Below are positions 28,611 to 37,522 of a stretch of 64,000 nucleotides of DNA, one piece after another. The notes under the pieces are model-generated. The model was not told the origin of the DNA. It searched no databases and saw only the letters and a program-made list of their open reading frames with translations. The stretch comes from Candidatus Binatia bacterium (GTDB lineage Bacteria; Desulfobacterota; Binatia; HRBIN30): the NCBI GenBank assembly GCA_038245295.1, contig JBBRSP010000011.1:97812-161811 (forward strand). The letters are read 5' to 3'. The position numbers and the translations under genes are program-made. How positions within the stretch are numbered: position 1 is the first letter of the stretch; every line of letters begins with the position of its first letter.

Positions 28611-29516
28611 CTAGTCAATTTCCTTGCCGTCCATGCCGGCGTTCTTGCGCGCTTCGGCGACGAGCTTTTCGACGATGGGGCCGAGTTTGGTCGGATCGTC
28701 GACGGGCTTGACGGTCGGACCGCGATGCCAGCCCTCGGCGACGCTCAGGATGTGGCCGGATGATTCGAAGATGCGGCCGCTGACGCCGGACGACTCTTTG
28801 CTGACGAGCCAGGTGACGATCGGTGCGATCCAGCGTGGATGCATGCGATCCTTCTCTTCCTCGGAGGCTTTGCCCATGCCGAGGTCTTCGGTCAGGCGGG
28901 TCAGCGCCGCCGGCGCGATCGCGTTGACGGTGATGCCGTAGCGGCGCAATTCGCGTGACGCGATGATCGTGAAGCCGGCGATACCGGCCTTGGCGGCGCC
29001 GTAGTTCGTCTGCCCGGCATTGCCGTAGATACCCGACACCGAAGTCGTGTTGATGATGCGCGCGTCGACCGGTTTGCCGGTCGTCTTCGATTTCTCGCGC
29101 CAGTAGACGGCGGCGTGATGCGCCGGGCCAAAGGTTCCCTTGAGATGAACTTTGATGACCGCGTCCCACTCCGCCTCGGTCATGTTGATCAACATCCGGT
29201 CGCGCAGGATGCCGGCGTTGTTGACCACGGCGTCGAGCGTGCCGAACGTGTCGACGGCTTGCTGGATCATGTTCTTGGCGCCCTCGAAACTCGACACGTC
29301 GTCGGCGTTCGAGATCGCTTCACCGCCCGCCGCCTTGATCTCGGCGACGACTTCGTCCGCCGGTCCCGCCGAAGCGCCACTACCATCACGCGAGCCGCCG
29401 AGGTCATTCACCACGACCTTGGCTCCGTGCTTGGCAAGCATCAGAGAATACTCGCGGCCGATTCCGCGTCCGGCGCCGGTTACGATGACCACACGTCCTT
29501 CACACAACTTTGCCAT
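28611..29516 (-). CDS. SDR family dehydrogenase (3-hydroxyacyl-CoA dehydrogenase-like, Rv3548c type)
   Basis: TGAGRGIG, NNAGILRDR, VHLKG, YGAAK, AEGWHRGP. Confidence 0.9.
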   Translation of the reverse strand: MAKLCEGRVVIVTGAGRGIGREYSLMLAKHGAKVVVNDLGGSRDGSGASAGPADEVVAEIKAAGGEAISNADDVSSFEGAKNMIQQAVDTFGTLDAVVNNAGILRDRMLINMTEAEWDAVIKVHLKGTFGPAHHAAVYWREKSKTTGKPVDARIINTTSVSGIYGNAGQTNYGAAKAGIAGFTIIASRELRRYGITVNAIAPAALTRLTEDLGMGKASEEEKDRMHPRWIAPIVTWLVSKESSGVSGRIFESSGHILSVAEGWHRGPTVKPVDDPTKLGPIVEKLVAEARKNAGMDGKEID

Positions 29517-29669
29517 GGCTTCCTCCTCGATTGGATCGCGGCGGCCGCGAAGGCGACCGAACGCTTGTTTGGCTTAGGCCAGGAGCGTCGACGAATCAAC
29601 ACGGGCAGCACGCAGAACAGGCCGTCGAGGCTTGCATCGTGCTCGGCGGTCTCGTACAGCCGCGCCACC

Positions 29670-30662
29670 ATGAATCGACTGCTCCAAGTGGTGCTGACGC
29701 TGTGTGTTTTGAGTGCCGCGGTTATGGCGGACGGTTTCGGCGGCCCGCTGCCGGTGCGCAACTACGCGCCGATTCAGCAGCTCTTTTTGAATCTACCGTT
29801 CGAGCGCGCCGTCACGCAGGCGCCGGGAACGTTCCGTCTGTCGATCGAGTCGGTCGAGAGCAACGTCATCTCCACCGAACAAGGGTACGTCGAGGCGTTG
29901 CTGAAGTTCGAGCAGAACCGCACGACGATCGGCGGCGCCTACGGCATCATGCCCGGCTGGGACGTCGGCCTGGATGTCCCGCTGATCTCGCGGTACGGCG
30001 GCTTTCTCGATCCGGTCATTGATAGCGTCGAGGACCTGTTCGGCAGCTTCAATGTCGAACGCAAACGATTTCCCAACAACTCCTACGGCGGTTTGCATGT
30101 CAGTCGGAACGGCCAGCCGCTTTTCCAAGGCCACAAACAGTACCTCGAGCTTGGCGATATCTTCGCCGGCACGAAATACGAGCTCTGGCATAGTGAGGGT
30201 GGCGGACGTGTGGCGTTGCGCGGTGCCATCAAGGCGCCGACAGGCCGCGCCAGCGCGGTGATCGGCAGCGGCAAATGGGATTTCGGGCTTGGGTTGGCGG
30301 CGGAAATGCCGGTGACCGAGTGGCTGGGCATCTACGGCAACGTTGGGCTCGTCTATCCGACAGGGCCCATCACGGCGGGTCGCCTCAGCTTGAACCCGAT
30401 CGTCACCGAAGGCTTCGCCCTCGAGGCTCTCCTGTTCTGGGGCGTTTCGGCGGTGTTGCAGCAAGAGTTTTACACCAGCCCGATTCACGGCACCGGGACG
30501 CCGGTCCTCGACGGCAACGTCGTCGAGCTCGCCGCCGGCCTCAACTGGCGCTGTGACCAGTGGCTGGTGCAACTCGGCGGCGTCGATAACGTCAGCGGCG
30601 TCGCGCCGGCTGCCGATTTTAGCTTGTTGGCACGCCTGACCTGGACGATGCCGACTCCCTAG
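29670..30662 (+). CDS. DUF3187-like outer-membrane beta-barrel protein
   Basis: Signal peptide then GPLPVRNYAPIQQLFL; YGGFLDPVIDSVEDLFG; KAPTG...GSGKWDFG; alternating beta-strand pattern. Confidence 0.75.
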   Translation: MNRLLQVVLTLCVLSAAVMADGFGGPLPVRNYAPIQQLFLNLPFERAVTQAPGTFRLSIESVESNVISTEQGYVEALLKFEQNRTTIGGAYGIMPGWDVGLDVPLISRYGGFLDPVIDSVEDLFGSFNVERKRFPNNSYGGLHVSRNGQPLFQGHKQYLELGDIFAGTKYELWHSEGGGRVALRGAIKAPTGRASAVIGSGKWDFGLGLAAEMPVTEWLGIYGNVGLVYPTGPITAGRLSLNPIVTEGFALEALLFWGVSAVLQQEFYTSPIHGTGTPVLDGNVVELAAGLNWRCDQWLVQLGGVDNVSGVAPAADFSLLARLTWTMPTP

Positions 30663-30682
30663 CGGCGGTTCGCGAACCGCTC

Positions 30683-31498
30683 CTACTTCGTTGGTTTCCA
30701 GCCGACCAACGCGAAGCCGAACGGCTGGCTGAAACGCTGGTCGATGCGGATGAAACCGGCGTGCCGCAGGCAATCATAGATCTTGTCCGGGCTGCGCAGA
30801 GCCGGATTGAAGCGGGCTCCGACGCCCTCCCATTGGACGGGACCCGCCATGACCTTAGTGATCGTCGTGCACACGAATGCGCCGCCCTTAGAGAGGTGGT
30901 CGAAGGAGAGTTGCATCGTTTTACGAACCTCGTCATCACCTGCGAGCCAGGGGAAAAGATCGATCGCCAAGATGATGTCGGGATCGCGATTCGTCAGGTA
31001 GCTCGAATGGTCGGTGGCGTCGCCGACCGAAAAGGAAATGCCGTGCAGGCCTTCGCTGACGAGGAGATCGCGACCGTGCATGACCTGGCGCGGATCGCGA
31101 TCGTGACACGCCACGGCCAGATCCTCACCGCCGTGTTGGCGGACAATCTCGCGTAGATACGGTGCGGTACCGGAAGCGATATCCAACAGCATCGTCGGCA
31201 AGCCGCGGCCTCGACGCTGCGAGATCAACCCGAGGACGATCTCCCTGGTGCTTTGCCAGCGCTGCCGCATCGCATCCCAGGCGCTCATCTGCAAAAACTG
31301 TCGGTCGATCAGTCTGCCGATCGCGCTGCTTCCCTGTGGCAGATTGCGATAGGCATACTCGCAAACCGCTACCGATCGAGCCCCGTGCTCCGCCGTAAGC
31401 CGGAAGCCTTCCGAGTAGCGACCCAGGAGTCGAACCAGATTCTCGTTGACTGCCACCACAGGGCTGGGAACCGTAAAGTAGGTTGATGTCATTCGCAA
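30683..31498 (-). CDS. Class I SAM-dependent methyltransferase-like protein (YnbC C-terminal / Methyltransf_20-like)
   Basis: YAYRNLPQG...GRLIDRQFL...RQR and LLDIASGTAPYL, GDATD. Confidence 0.7.
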   Translation of the reverse strand: MRMTSTYFTVPSPVVAVNENLVRLLGRYSEGFRLTAEHGARSVAVCEYAYRNLPQGSSAIGRLIDRQFLQMSAWDAMRQRWQSTREIVLGLISQRRGRGLPTMLLDIASGTAPYLREIVRQHGGEDLAVACHDRDPRQVMHGRDLLVSEGLHGISFSVGDATDHSSYLTNRDPDIILAIDLFPWLAGDDEVRKTMQLSFDHLSKGGAFVCTTITKVMAGPVQWEGVGARFNPALRSPDKIYDCLRHAGFIRIDQRFSQPFGFALVGWKPTK

Positions 31499-31626
31499 GC
31501 GGAATTCTACCGGCCGGGCGTTCCGGTGCGCCGAACGGAGCAGCTGCCCTTCCCGTTCGCTGCCGCATCCGGTAGGACAAATTCCCCGGTGACACGTCCG
31601 TCCCGGCCCCAGGGAGGGTGCCCGAA

Positions 31627-32643
31627 ATGCCGATCCTGAATGCTGCTGACCTGACCTACACGAAGGTGCGAGCTCTCAATCCGAGCCGGACGATTTGCTT
31701 CCAGCCCGTCAGCGCCCTCGAGGTTCACGGGCCGCATCTTCCCCTGGGAATGGATTTCTATATGGCCAAGTGGATGGCCGAGGAGACCGGCCGTCGCTTT
31801 GCCGAGGCGCACCCGGATTGGCTGGTAGTGCAGATGCCACCGTTGCCGCTCGGCACCGATGAGTTGCCCCTTGCCGGGTCGATGGACGCGTCACAGCGCA
31901 CCGTCTACGGCGCGCTGATGTCGCACGGCAAATCCATGGTGCGAGCCGGTTATCGTTACATCGTCTTGACCAACGGCCACGGCGGTCCGCGCCACGCCTC
32001 GGCGCTTGAGCGCGCCTGTCAGCAGATTAGCAAGCGTCACGGCATCAGCATGTTCACGCCGTCGGTCCTTGCCTTGCATCGTATCATCACCGGGCAACGC
32101 TTCGACGTGGTCGAACAACTTCTGGGACGCCAGCTCTCCGAACATGAAAAACATGGCCTGACGCACGGCGAGCACGCCGGCAGTTGGGAGACGTCCTTCA
32201 TGCTGGCGCAGAATCCTGAGCTTGTCGAAAGCAACTACGGTGAGCTCAAGCAGGATCAGCCGCCGGTGTTCGCGCCGCTGGCCAACGTCGGCGAACGCCT
32301 TGCCGCCTGGCGCGAACGCCGTGGCACCGACGCGTCGAAGATTCGTGAAGCGTTCGAGGGCATTTCGGGTGGCATCGGTTGGCTGCTCAATGCCCGTTAC
32401 GGTTACGGCGGCCCCCAAGTGACCTACAAAGGCGATCCGTCGATTGCGACCGCCGAGATCGGCAACGCGTTCCGCGAAGTCATGGTGCGCGAGTGCCTGG
32501 AGATGGTCGAGGACGTGACCACGGGCCGGGCGCGCGCGATCGACATCCGCAGCATTGCCTCCGACCACTTTGCCATCCAGCCGAACTTTGGACTGAAGCT
32601 GGGCCTGGCCGCCGCCGCGTTGTTGGCATTGCTTGTTCTCTGA
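31627..32643 (+). CDS. Creatininase / creatinine amidohydrolase family protein with C-terminal hydrophobic tail
   Basis: EVHGPHLPLGMD, NGHGG, HAGSWETS metal-binding motifs. Confidence 0.88.
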   Translation: MPILNAADLTYTKVRALNPSRTICFQPVSALEVHGPHLPLGMDFYMAKWMAEETGRRFAEAHPDWLVVQMPPLPLGTDELPLAGSMDASQRTVYGALMSHGKSMVRAGYRYIVLTNGHGGPRHASALERACQQISKRHGISMFTPSVLALHRIITGQRFDVVEQLLGRQLSEHEKHGLTHGEHAGSWETSFMLAQNPELVESNYGELKQDQPPVFAPLANVGERLAAWRERRGTDASKIREAFEGISGGIGWLLNARYGYGGPQVTYKGDPSIATAEIGNAFREVMVRECLEMVEDVTTGRARAIDIRSIASDHFAIQPNFGLKLGLAAAALLALLVL

Positions 32644-32644
32644 G

Positions 32645-32706
32645 GTCGCTGCAGTCCTTGGCGTCGTTGGAATGACGACCAAAAAGACTGCAGCGACTGC
32701 AGCGAC
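32645..32706. repeat. REP-like long inverted repeat between convergent genes
   Basis: GTCGCTGCAGTC (32645-56) pairs perfectly with GACTGCAGCGAC (32686-97); an extra TGCAGCGAC copy follows; imperfect inner stem. Confidence 0.7.
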
Positions 32707-32715
32707 AGAATTCCT

Positions 32716-33555
32716 CTAGCGGTTCAAGAACACCGGGCAGCTCGAATTGCGCAGCACATACTCGGTGGTGCTCCCCAAAACCATTTCGATGATGCGCCCG
32801 TGCCCGTAGGCGCCAATGAACAACATGTCATGGTTCTGTTCACGGAGGTAATTCGCGATGCGTTCGGGTGCATTGCCGGTTTGCTGCAATTCGTATTCGA
32901 TGTTGAGGTCGTAGGCGCGCAGATAGGATTTTGCTTCGTCGAGTGTGCGTTTGCCGACGATGTCGTCGCGATTCACCGTGAGAACCGTCAGCGGCAGGGA
33001 GAGCGCGGCACAGAAGTCGGCGGCGCGTTGCATGGCCGCGGCGGCCCGATGGCTGCCGTCGTAGGCCAACAGCGGGCGCGTTACTTCGTGGAACGTTGCC
33101 GGGCACACCAGGACAGGCTTGGGTGATTTGCGCGTGACGCTCTCGGCCGTGCTGCCGAGCAGGCCGGTCGAAAACTTTTCGTTGACGCCGCGATTGCCGA
33201 TGACCAGAAGGTCGGCGGTCTTGGCACGTTCCGCGAGTTCGTTGGGCACGACCCCGGTCGCCGAGATGGTCTCGTGTTTCACGCCGGCCGCTGCGGCGCT
33301 GGTGCCAAACTCTTCGAGGATCACGTTGGCGCGATCACGCAGGACCTCACGCATTTTCGACGCGAAATCGAGGTACGGCTCGAAGCCAAGCGAGCCGGAA
33401 ATGTCGTGCACGAACGAACCTTCGATGGCGATCACGTCGATGACATGCAGCCCGACGACGAAGGCCTTGAGTTGCTGCCCAAGGTAGATGGCGTACCGAC
33501 TCGCGGCCATGGAGTGCTCCGAACCGTCGAGGCCAACGAGTACTGTCTTGATCAT
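32716..33555 (-). CDS. Universal stress protein (tandem USP domains)
   Basis: LVGLDGSEHS, LVIGNRG...LLGSTAESV, LAYDGS, IGAYGHG...VLGSTTEYVL. Confidence 0.93.
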   Translation of the reverse strand: MIKTVLVGLDGSEHSMAASRYAIYLGQQLKAFVVGLHVIDVIAIEGSFVHDISGSLGFEPYLDFASKMREVLRDRANVILEEFGTSAAAAGVKHETISATGVVPNELAERAKTADLLVIGNRGVNEKFSTGLLGSTAESVTRKSPKPVLVCPATFHEVTRPLLAYDGSHRAAAAMQRAADFCAALSLPLTVLTVNRDDIVGKRTLDEAKSYLRAYDLNIEYELQQTGNAPERIANYLREQNHDMLFIGAYGHGRIIEMVLGSTTEYVLRNSSCPVFLNR

Positions 33556-33674
33556 GCTTGCCTTCTACGGCCGTCAGTTCCTCAGGGCAAGGGTGCTGTG
33601 TTGATTCGTGGCGCCCGATCCCTCCATCGCGAGGTAGGGTTGCTCTGGCTCGAACTTGTGAGTAAGGAAGCGAC

Positions 33675-33998
33675 GTGAGTCGATCCGCAGAAAAAACACC
33701 GACGGCCCTGCGCGGCGAGATGGCATTGCTTGACGAGTTGAAGCGGGCAGCGACCCAGGTCGGCTTTGCCGTGCGTGAAGAGAAGTTATTGCGTGATGTT
33801 GGCTACCGGGTGCGCAGCGGCGCGTGCCGCCTGCGCGACGCGCAGTTGATCATCCTGGATCGCAGCCTGCCGCCGGCCGCGCAGATCGACATCCTGGCAG
33901 AACAGCTTTCCGGCCGCGCTTTGGACGACCTCTACCTTTCTCCGGCGGCGCGCAAGTTGGTTGATCGGCGCGGGCAACCGGACGACGCCGCTGCGTAG
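33675..33998 (+). CDS. Conserved hypothetical protein
   Basis: VREEKL...SGACRLRDAQLIILDRSL...DDLYLSPAARKL; upstream of fur on the same strand. Confidence 0.7.
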   Translation: MSRSAEKTPTALRGEMALLDELKRAATQVGFAVREEKLLRDVGYRVRSGACRLRDAQLIILDRSLPPAAQIDILAEQLSGRALDDLYLSPAARKLVDRRGQPDDAAA

Positions 33999-34041
33999 CC
34001 CGAGCGCTCGCACGGCGAGCGTCCCGGCCGAGGTGTGGAGC

Positions 34042-34488
34042 ATGCGGTCTTCACCCAATCCAAAATTGGATCGTTTCACGATTTTCAAAGAGCACCTGAA
34101 ACAGCAGGGGCTGAAATCGACGGCGCAGCGTGATGACATCACCCACGTCTTCTTCGAGAGCAAACGCCACATCAGCGTCGACGAACTCTACCGCGCCGTA
34201 CGCGAGGTGAACCCGCACATCGGTTACGCAACGGTGTATCGCACCATGAAGTTGCTCACCGAGTGCGGCCTGGCCGCCGAACGCCACTTCCGCGATGGCG
34301 AGGCGCGCTACGAAATTGCCGAGTCGGCTCATCACGACCACATGATCTGTGAGCGCTGCGGGACGATCGTCGAGTTCGAAGAGGAAGCGATCGAGGCTCT
34401 GCAGGCGAAGGTGGCCGCCCGCCTCGGCTTCCGCTTCACCGGGCACAAGATGGAGCTCTACGGCGTGTGCCGAAAGTGCCAGCGCTAG
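34042..34488 (+). CDS. fur: Fur family transcriptional repressor
   Basis: GLKSTAQR, H.SVDELY, ATVYRTMKLL, HHDHMICERCG, GVCRKC. Confidence 0.9.
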   Translation: MRSSPNPKLDRFTIFKEHLKQQGLKSTAQRDDITHVFFESKRHISVDELYRAVREVNPHIGYATVYRTMKLLTECGLAAERHFRDGEARYEIAESAHHDHMICERCGTIVEFEEEAIEALQAKVAARLGFRFTGHKMELYGVCRKCQR

Positions 34489-35960
34489 GCGCGGCTCGCC
34501 GCGCCTGCCTGACGGGATCGCTTTACCGTTTCGAATGCGGCCAACGCCCGTTGACGTGCCACGGCATGGTCGACGATCGGTTGCGGATAATCGACGCCGA
34601 GGACTACGCCTGCGGCCTTCAAGACCTCCGCCGGCGCTTCCCAGGGTCGATGGATCCATTCCACCGGCAGCTTGGCCAACTCAGGCACCCAGCGCGCGAC
34701 ATAGTTTCCGTGGGGATCGAACTTGATCCCCTGGCTGATGGGATTGAATACCCGGAAGTAAGGGGCTGCATCGGCGCCGCAGCCGGCGGTCCATTGCCAA
34801 CCCAACGTGTTGTTCGCCAGGTCAGCATCTACCAACGTATCCCAGAACCACGCGGCGCCGCGCTGCCATGGTACCAGCAGGTCCTTGATGAGAAACGACG
34901 CGGCGATCATGCGCACGCGGTTGTGCATCCAGCCGGTCTCCCACAACTCGCGCATCCCGGCATCGACGATTGGAAAGCCGGTGCGGCCGCGCTGCCAGGC
35001 TCGTAAGCCGGTGGCATCATCGATCCAGGGGAAAGCGGCGAAGTCGCGCCGCAGAGGTTGCTCGGTCGTCTGCGGAAAGTGAAACAATAGATGATGCGCG
35101 AATTCGCGCCAGCCAATCTCGCGTAGGTAGGTTTCTGTGCCGGCGGCGGCGCCGGGCCGGTTGTCCATCTCCCCCTGTTGCTGGATTCGTGCCCAGATCT
35201 GTCGCGGACCGATTTCGCCAAAATGCAGGTGCGCCGACAGGCGCGAGCTTCCAGATCGATCGGGTCGGTTGCGGTCCTCGGGGTAGGCTGCCAGAGCCGA
35301 GTCGGCGAACTCAGCCAGTTGTGCTAGCGCGCCGGCTTCGCCCGGTGTCCACTGGTCGCGCATGCCTTTGGCCCAATCCAGCCGCGGCTCGAGGGCGCAG
35401 TCCGCGAGATCATCACTGCGCGGCCAATGGGGTGGCGTCGCCAATGTGTCGGGTGCGTCGCTTGGCGCCGCCGGACTGCCGGCATTCAGTATAGCCCGCC
35501 AAAACGGGGTGAAGACTTGATAGGGCGTTCCGGTCTTCGTCTTCAGGGCCCACGGTTCGACCAGCAACGAGGCGTTGAAAGATGCGGCCGCCAGTCCGTG
35601 TGCCTTGAGCTCCGCCTTGACCAGGCTGTCACGCTCAATCACCGACGGTTCGTAACGCCGATTCCAGACGATCCCCTCCGCTTGCGATTCGCCGGCGACC
35701 TCAAGAAGAGCCGGTAGCGTCGGGCCACAGCGGATGATCAAACGCGAGCCGAGTTTGCCGAGCGCACTTGCCAGGGCGGCGAGACTCTGGTGCAACCACC
35801 ACCGGCTGGCGCCCCCGGGTGGCCAGGCTTGTTCCTCGTCGGGGCACCAGATGTACAGCGGTACCACAGCGCGTTGCGACTCGATCGCCGCCTGAAGGGC
35901 CGGGTTATCTGTCAGGCGAAGGTCTTTTCGAAACCAAACGATCGTGGTGCCGGTGCTCAT
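34485..35960 (-). CDS. phrB: Deoxyribodipyrimidine photolyase (class I CPD)
   Basis: IVWFRKDLRLTDNPAL, SRLSAHLHFGEI, WREF, GWMHNRVRM, WQWTAGCGADAAPYFRVFNP; start at ATG 35960. Confidence 0.95.
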   Translation of the reverse strand: MSTGTTIVWFRKDLRLTDNPALQAAIESQRAVVPLYIWCPDEEQAWPPGGASRWWLHQSLAALASALGKLGSRLIIRCGPTLPALLEVAGESQAEGIVWNRRYEPSVIERDSLVKAELKAHGLAAASFNASLLVEPWALKTKTGTPYQVFTPFWRAILNAGSPAAPSDAPDTLATPPHWPRSDDLADCALEPRLDWAKGMRDQWTPGEAGALAQLAEFADSALAAYPEDRNRPDRSGSSRLSAHLHFGEIGPRQIWARIQQQGEMDNRPGAAAGTETYLREIGWREFAHHLLFHFPQTTEQPLRRDFAAFPWIDDATGLRAWQRGRTGFPIVDAGMRELWETGWMHNRVRMIAASFLIKDLLVPWQRGAAWFWDTLVDADLANNTLGWQWTAGCGADAAPYFRVFNPISQGIKFDPHGNYVARWVPELAKLPVEWIHRPWEAPAEVLKAAGVVLGVDYPQPIVDHAVARQRALAAFETVKRSRQAGAASRA

Positions 35961-36101
35961 GGTGGGCGTGACTATATCGTTGCGGCGCGACGAGCCAACC
36001 CGGCCGTGTCTCGATGAGACACGCCGAGGCCCCCCCCGACAGCCTCGGGGCAACGCCGGATTTCGGTTGCAAAGTCGTGATTCATCCGCGTAATTAGCCG
36101 C

Positions 36102-37511
36102 GTGGGGGAACAAACCCGATGGTCGCGGAGCGACTACTCGACGCCGCTTAGCCACCTTTGGTGGTTCGCGGTCGCGATATTGCTCGGTTTGGCGCCGGAA
36201 CTTGCGGTCGCAGCCGTGTTCAGGACCCCCGTGTCGGTGCGTGTCGACGGAATCTCGTTGAGCCTGTTGAGTGGTCAATTTAACGACGATCCGGCCGTTG
36301 ATCTGGTGTCGTTGACCGACGTCGGCAACGATGGACCGTCGCTTTCTGTTCTGCTCAATCGTGGCGACGGTACGTTTACCGCCGTGCGTCCGGTCGTTCT
36401 CGATCCGACGCGCTTCATTACCCAAGCCCTGGCTGCTGGGGACCTCGACGGTGACGCGCTGTCGGACGTCGCTGTGGCTGTAACCGATCTGAGCGCCCCT
36501 GGTTTTGCGAGTGCCATCGTCGTTTACACCGGCGCCGGCGAGGGCCGCCTCGTCGATCCGGTTGTGGTCGACGCTTCCGGCGGACAGTTCCCCAGCGCTC
36601 TCGGCATCGGCGACATTAACGGTGATCAGATTGCCGACCTTATCTTGTGCGATAGCCAGGTGCAGACCGGCAACGGTCGCGTGCTCCTTTTCCCTGGGCA
36701 ACACACGGCGAACGGCTCGACGTTCGGGACGCCCACACCGGTTATTACCGGCAGCTTGCTCAACCAGGTCGTGGTCACCGATCTCGACGGGGACGGCCGC
36801 ACGGATATCCTGCTCATGGATTCCGCCGAGGGTCGCCTGATCGGTCTCTATGGTGCGGCCAGCGGGCAGTGGGCCCCGGTGACGTTGGCGCCGTTCGACC
36901 TGCCCACGACCATCGTGACCACCAATGCCAACAAGGACGACCGCCTAGATGTGGTCGCTGTCTCTGAGCAGAGCGGGCAGATCACCCCCTTCCTGCAGCC
37001 TGAGAGGCGGCAATTCATAGCCGGCGTTTCGCCCAGTGATCCCAATGGGTTCGGCTCGATTGGTACGGCCGACTTCGATGGCGATGGGCGAGCCGACCTG
37101 GTTGCCACCAGCCGAGCCGGGGACGCCGTCCTCGTCTTGCGCGGCGACGGGCTCGGGTCCTTCTTTGGCTTCGATTCCACCGATATCGACGGTCCGGTCG
37201 ACCAGATCACCGTCGCTGATCTGAACGGCGATTTTCGCCCCGATATCGCCTTGACGCGAAGCGAGGATGAAGCGATCAGCATTTTGCTCAATGTGCTGCC
37301 GGCGCCGCCGACGATGACCCCAACGCCGCAAGCGACGGCAACACCGACGGTCGCCGTGGAAGGCGATGCCAATTGCGATGGCCATGTCGACCGCATGGAT
37401 CTTGCGGCGTTGGTGGTCAGACTGTTCAACGCCGGTTGTGCGCTTGCCGACGTGAATCAAGACGGGCGGGTCACAGCTGCTGATTTGGTTAGATTTAAAT
37501 GGTTCCTATAG
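36102..37511 (+). CDS. Secreted FG-GAP/VCBS repeat protein (7 repeats) with Pro/Thr linker and dockerin-like C-terminus
   Basis: Seven DxxxDxxxD-type repeats (e.g. GDLDGDALSD, ADFDGDGRAD); PTMTPTPQATATPT; GDANCDGHVD...ADVNQDGRVT. Confidence 0.85.
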   Translation: MGEQTRWSRSDYSTPLSHLWWFAVAILLGLAPELAVAAVFRTPVSVRVDGISLSLLSGQFNDDPAVDLVSLTDVGNDGPSLSVLLNRGDGTFTAVRPVVLDPTRFITQALAAGDLDGDALSDVAVAVTDLSAPGFASAIVVYTGAGEGRLVDPVVVDASGGQFPSALGIGDINGDQIADLILCDSQVQTGNGRVLLFPGQHTANGSTFGTPTPVITGSLLNQVVVTDLDGDGRTDILLMDSAEGRLIGLYGAASGQWAPVTLAPFDLPTTIVTTNANKDDRLDVVAVSEQSGQITPFLQPERRQFIAGVSPSDPNGFGSIGTADFDGDGRADLVATSRAGDAVLVLRGDGLGSFFGFDSTDIDGPVDQITVADLNGDFRPDIALTRSEDEAISILLNVLPAPPTMTPTPQATATPTVAVEGDANCDGHVDRMDLAALVVRLFNAGCALADVNQDGRVTAADLVRFKWFL

Positions 37512-37522
37512 GTTAGAAGGCC

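Noticed and set aside
31627-32643. Mycofactocin MftE assignment
   Set aside because: No mftA, mftB, mftC, mftD or mftF in the window; family membership alone is insufficient
29115-36704. Long N-terminal extensions in the ORF track (29115..30662 +, 33961..34488 +, 34485..36704 -; also 25424..26863 and 47481..48422)
   Set aside because: The extensions overlap genuine genes on the same or opposite strand and have no family-like sequence; downstream starts give proper N-termini
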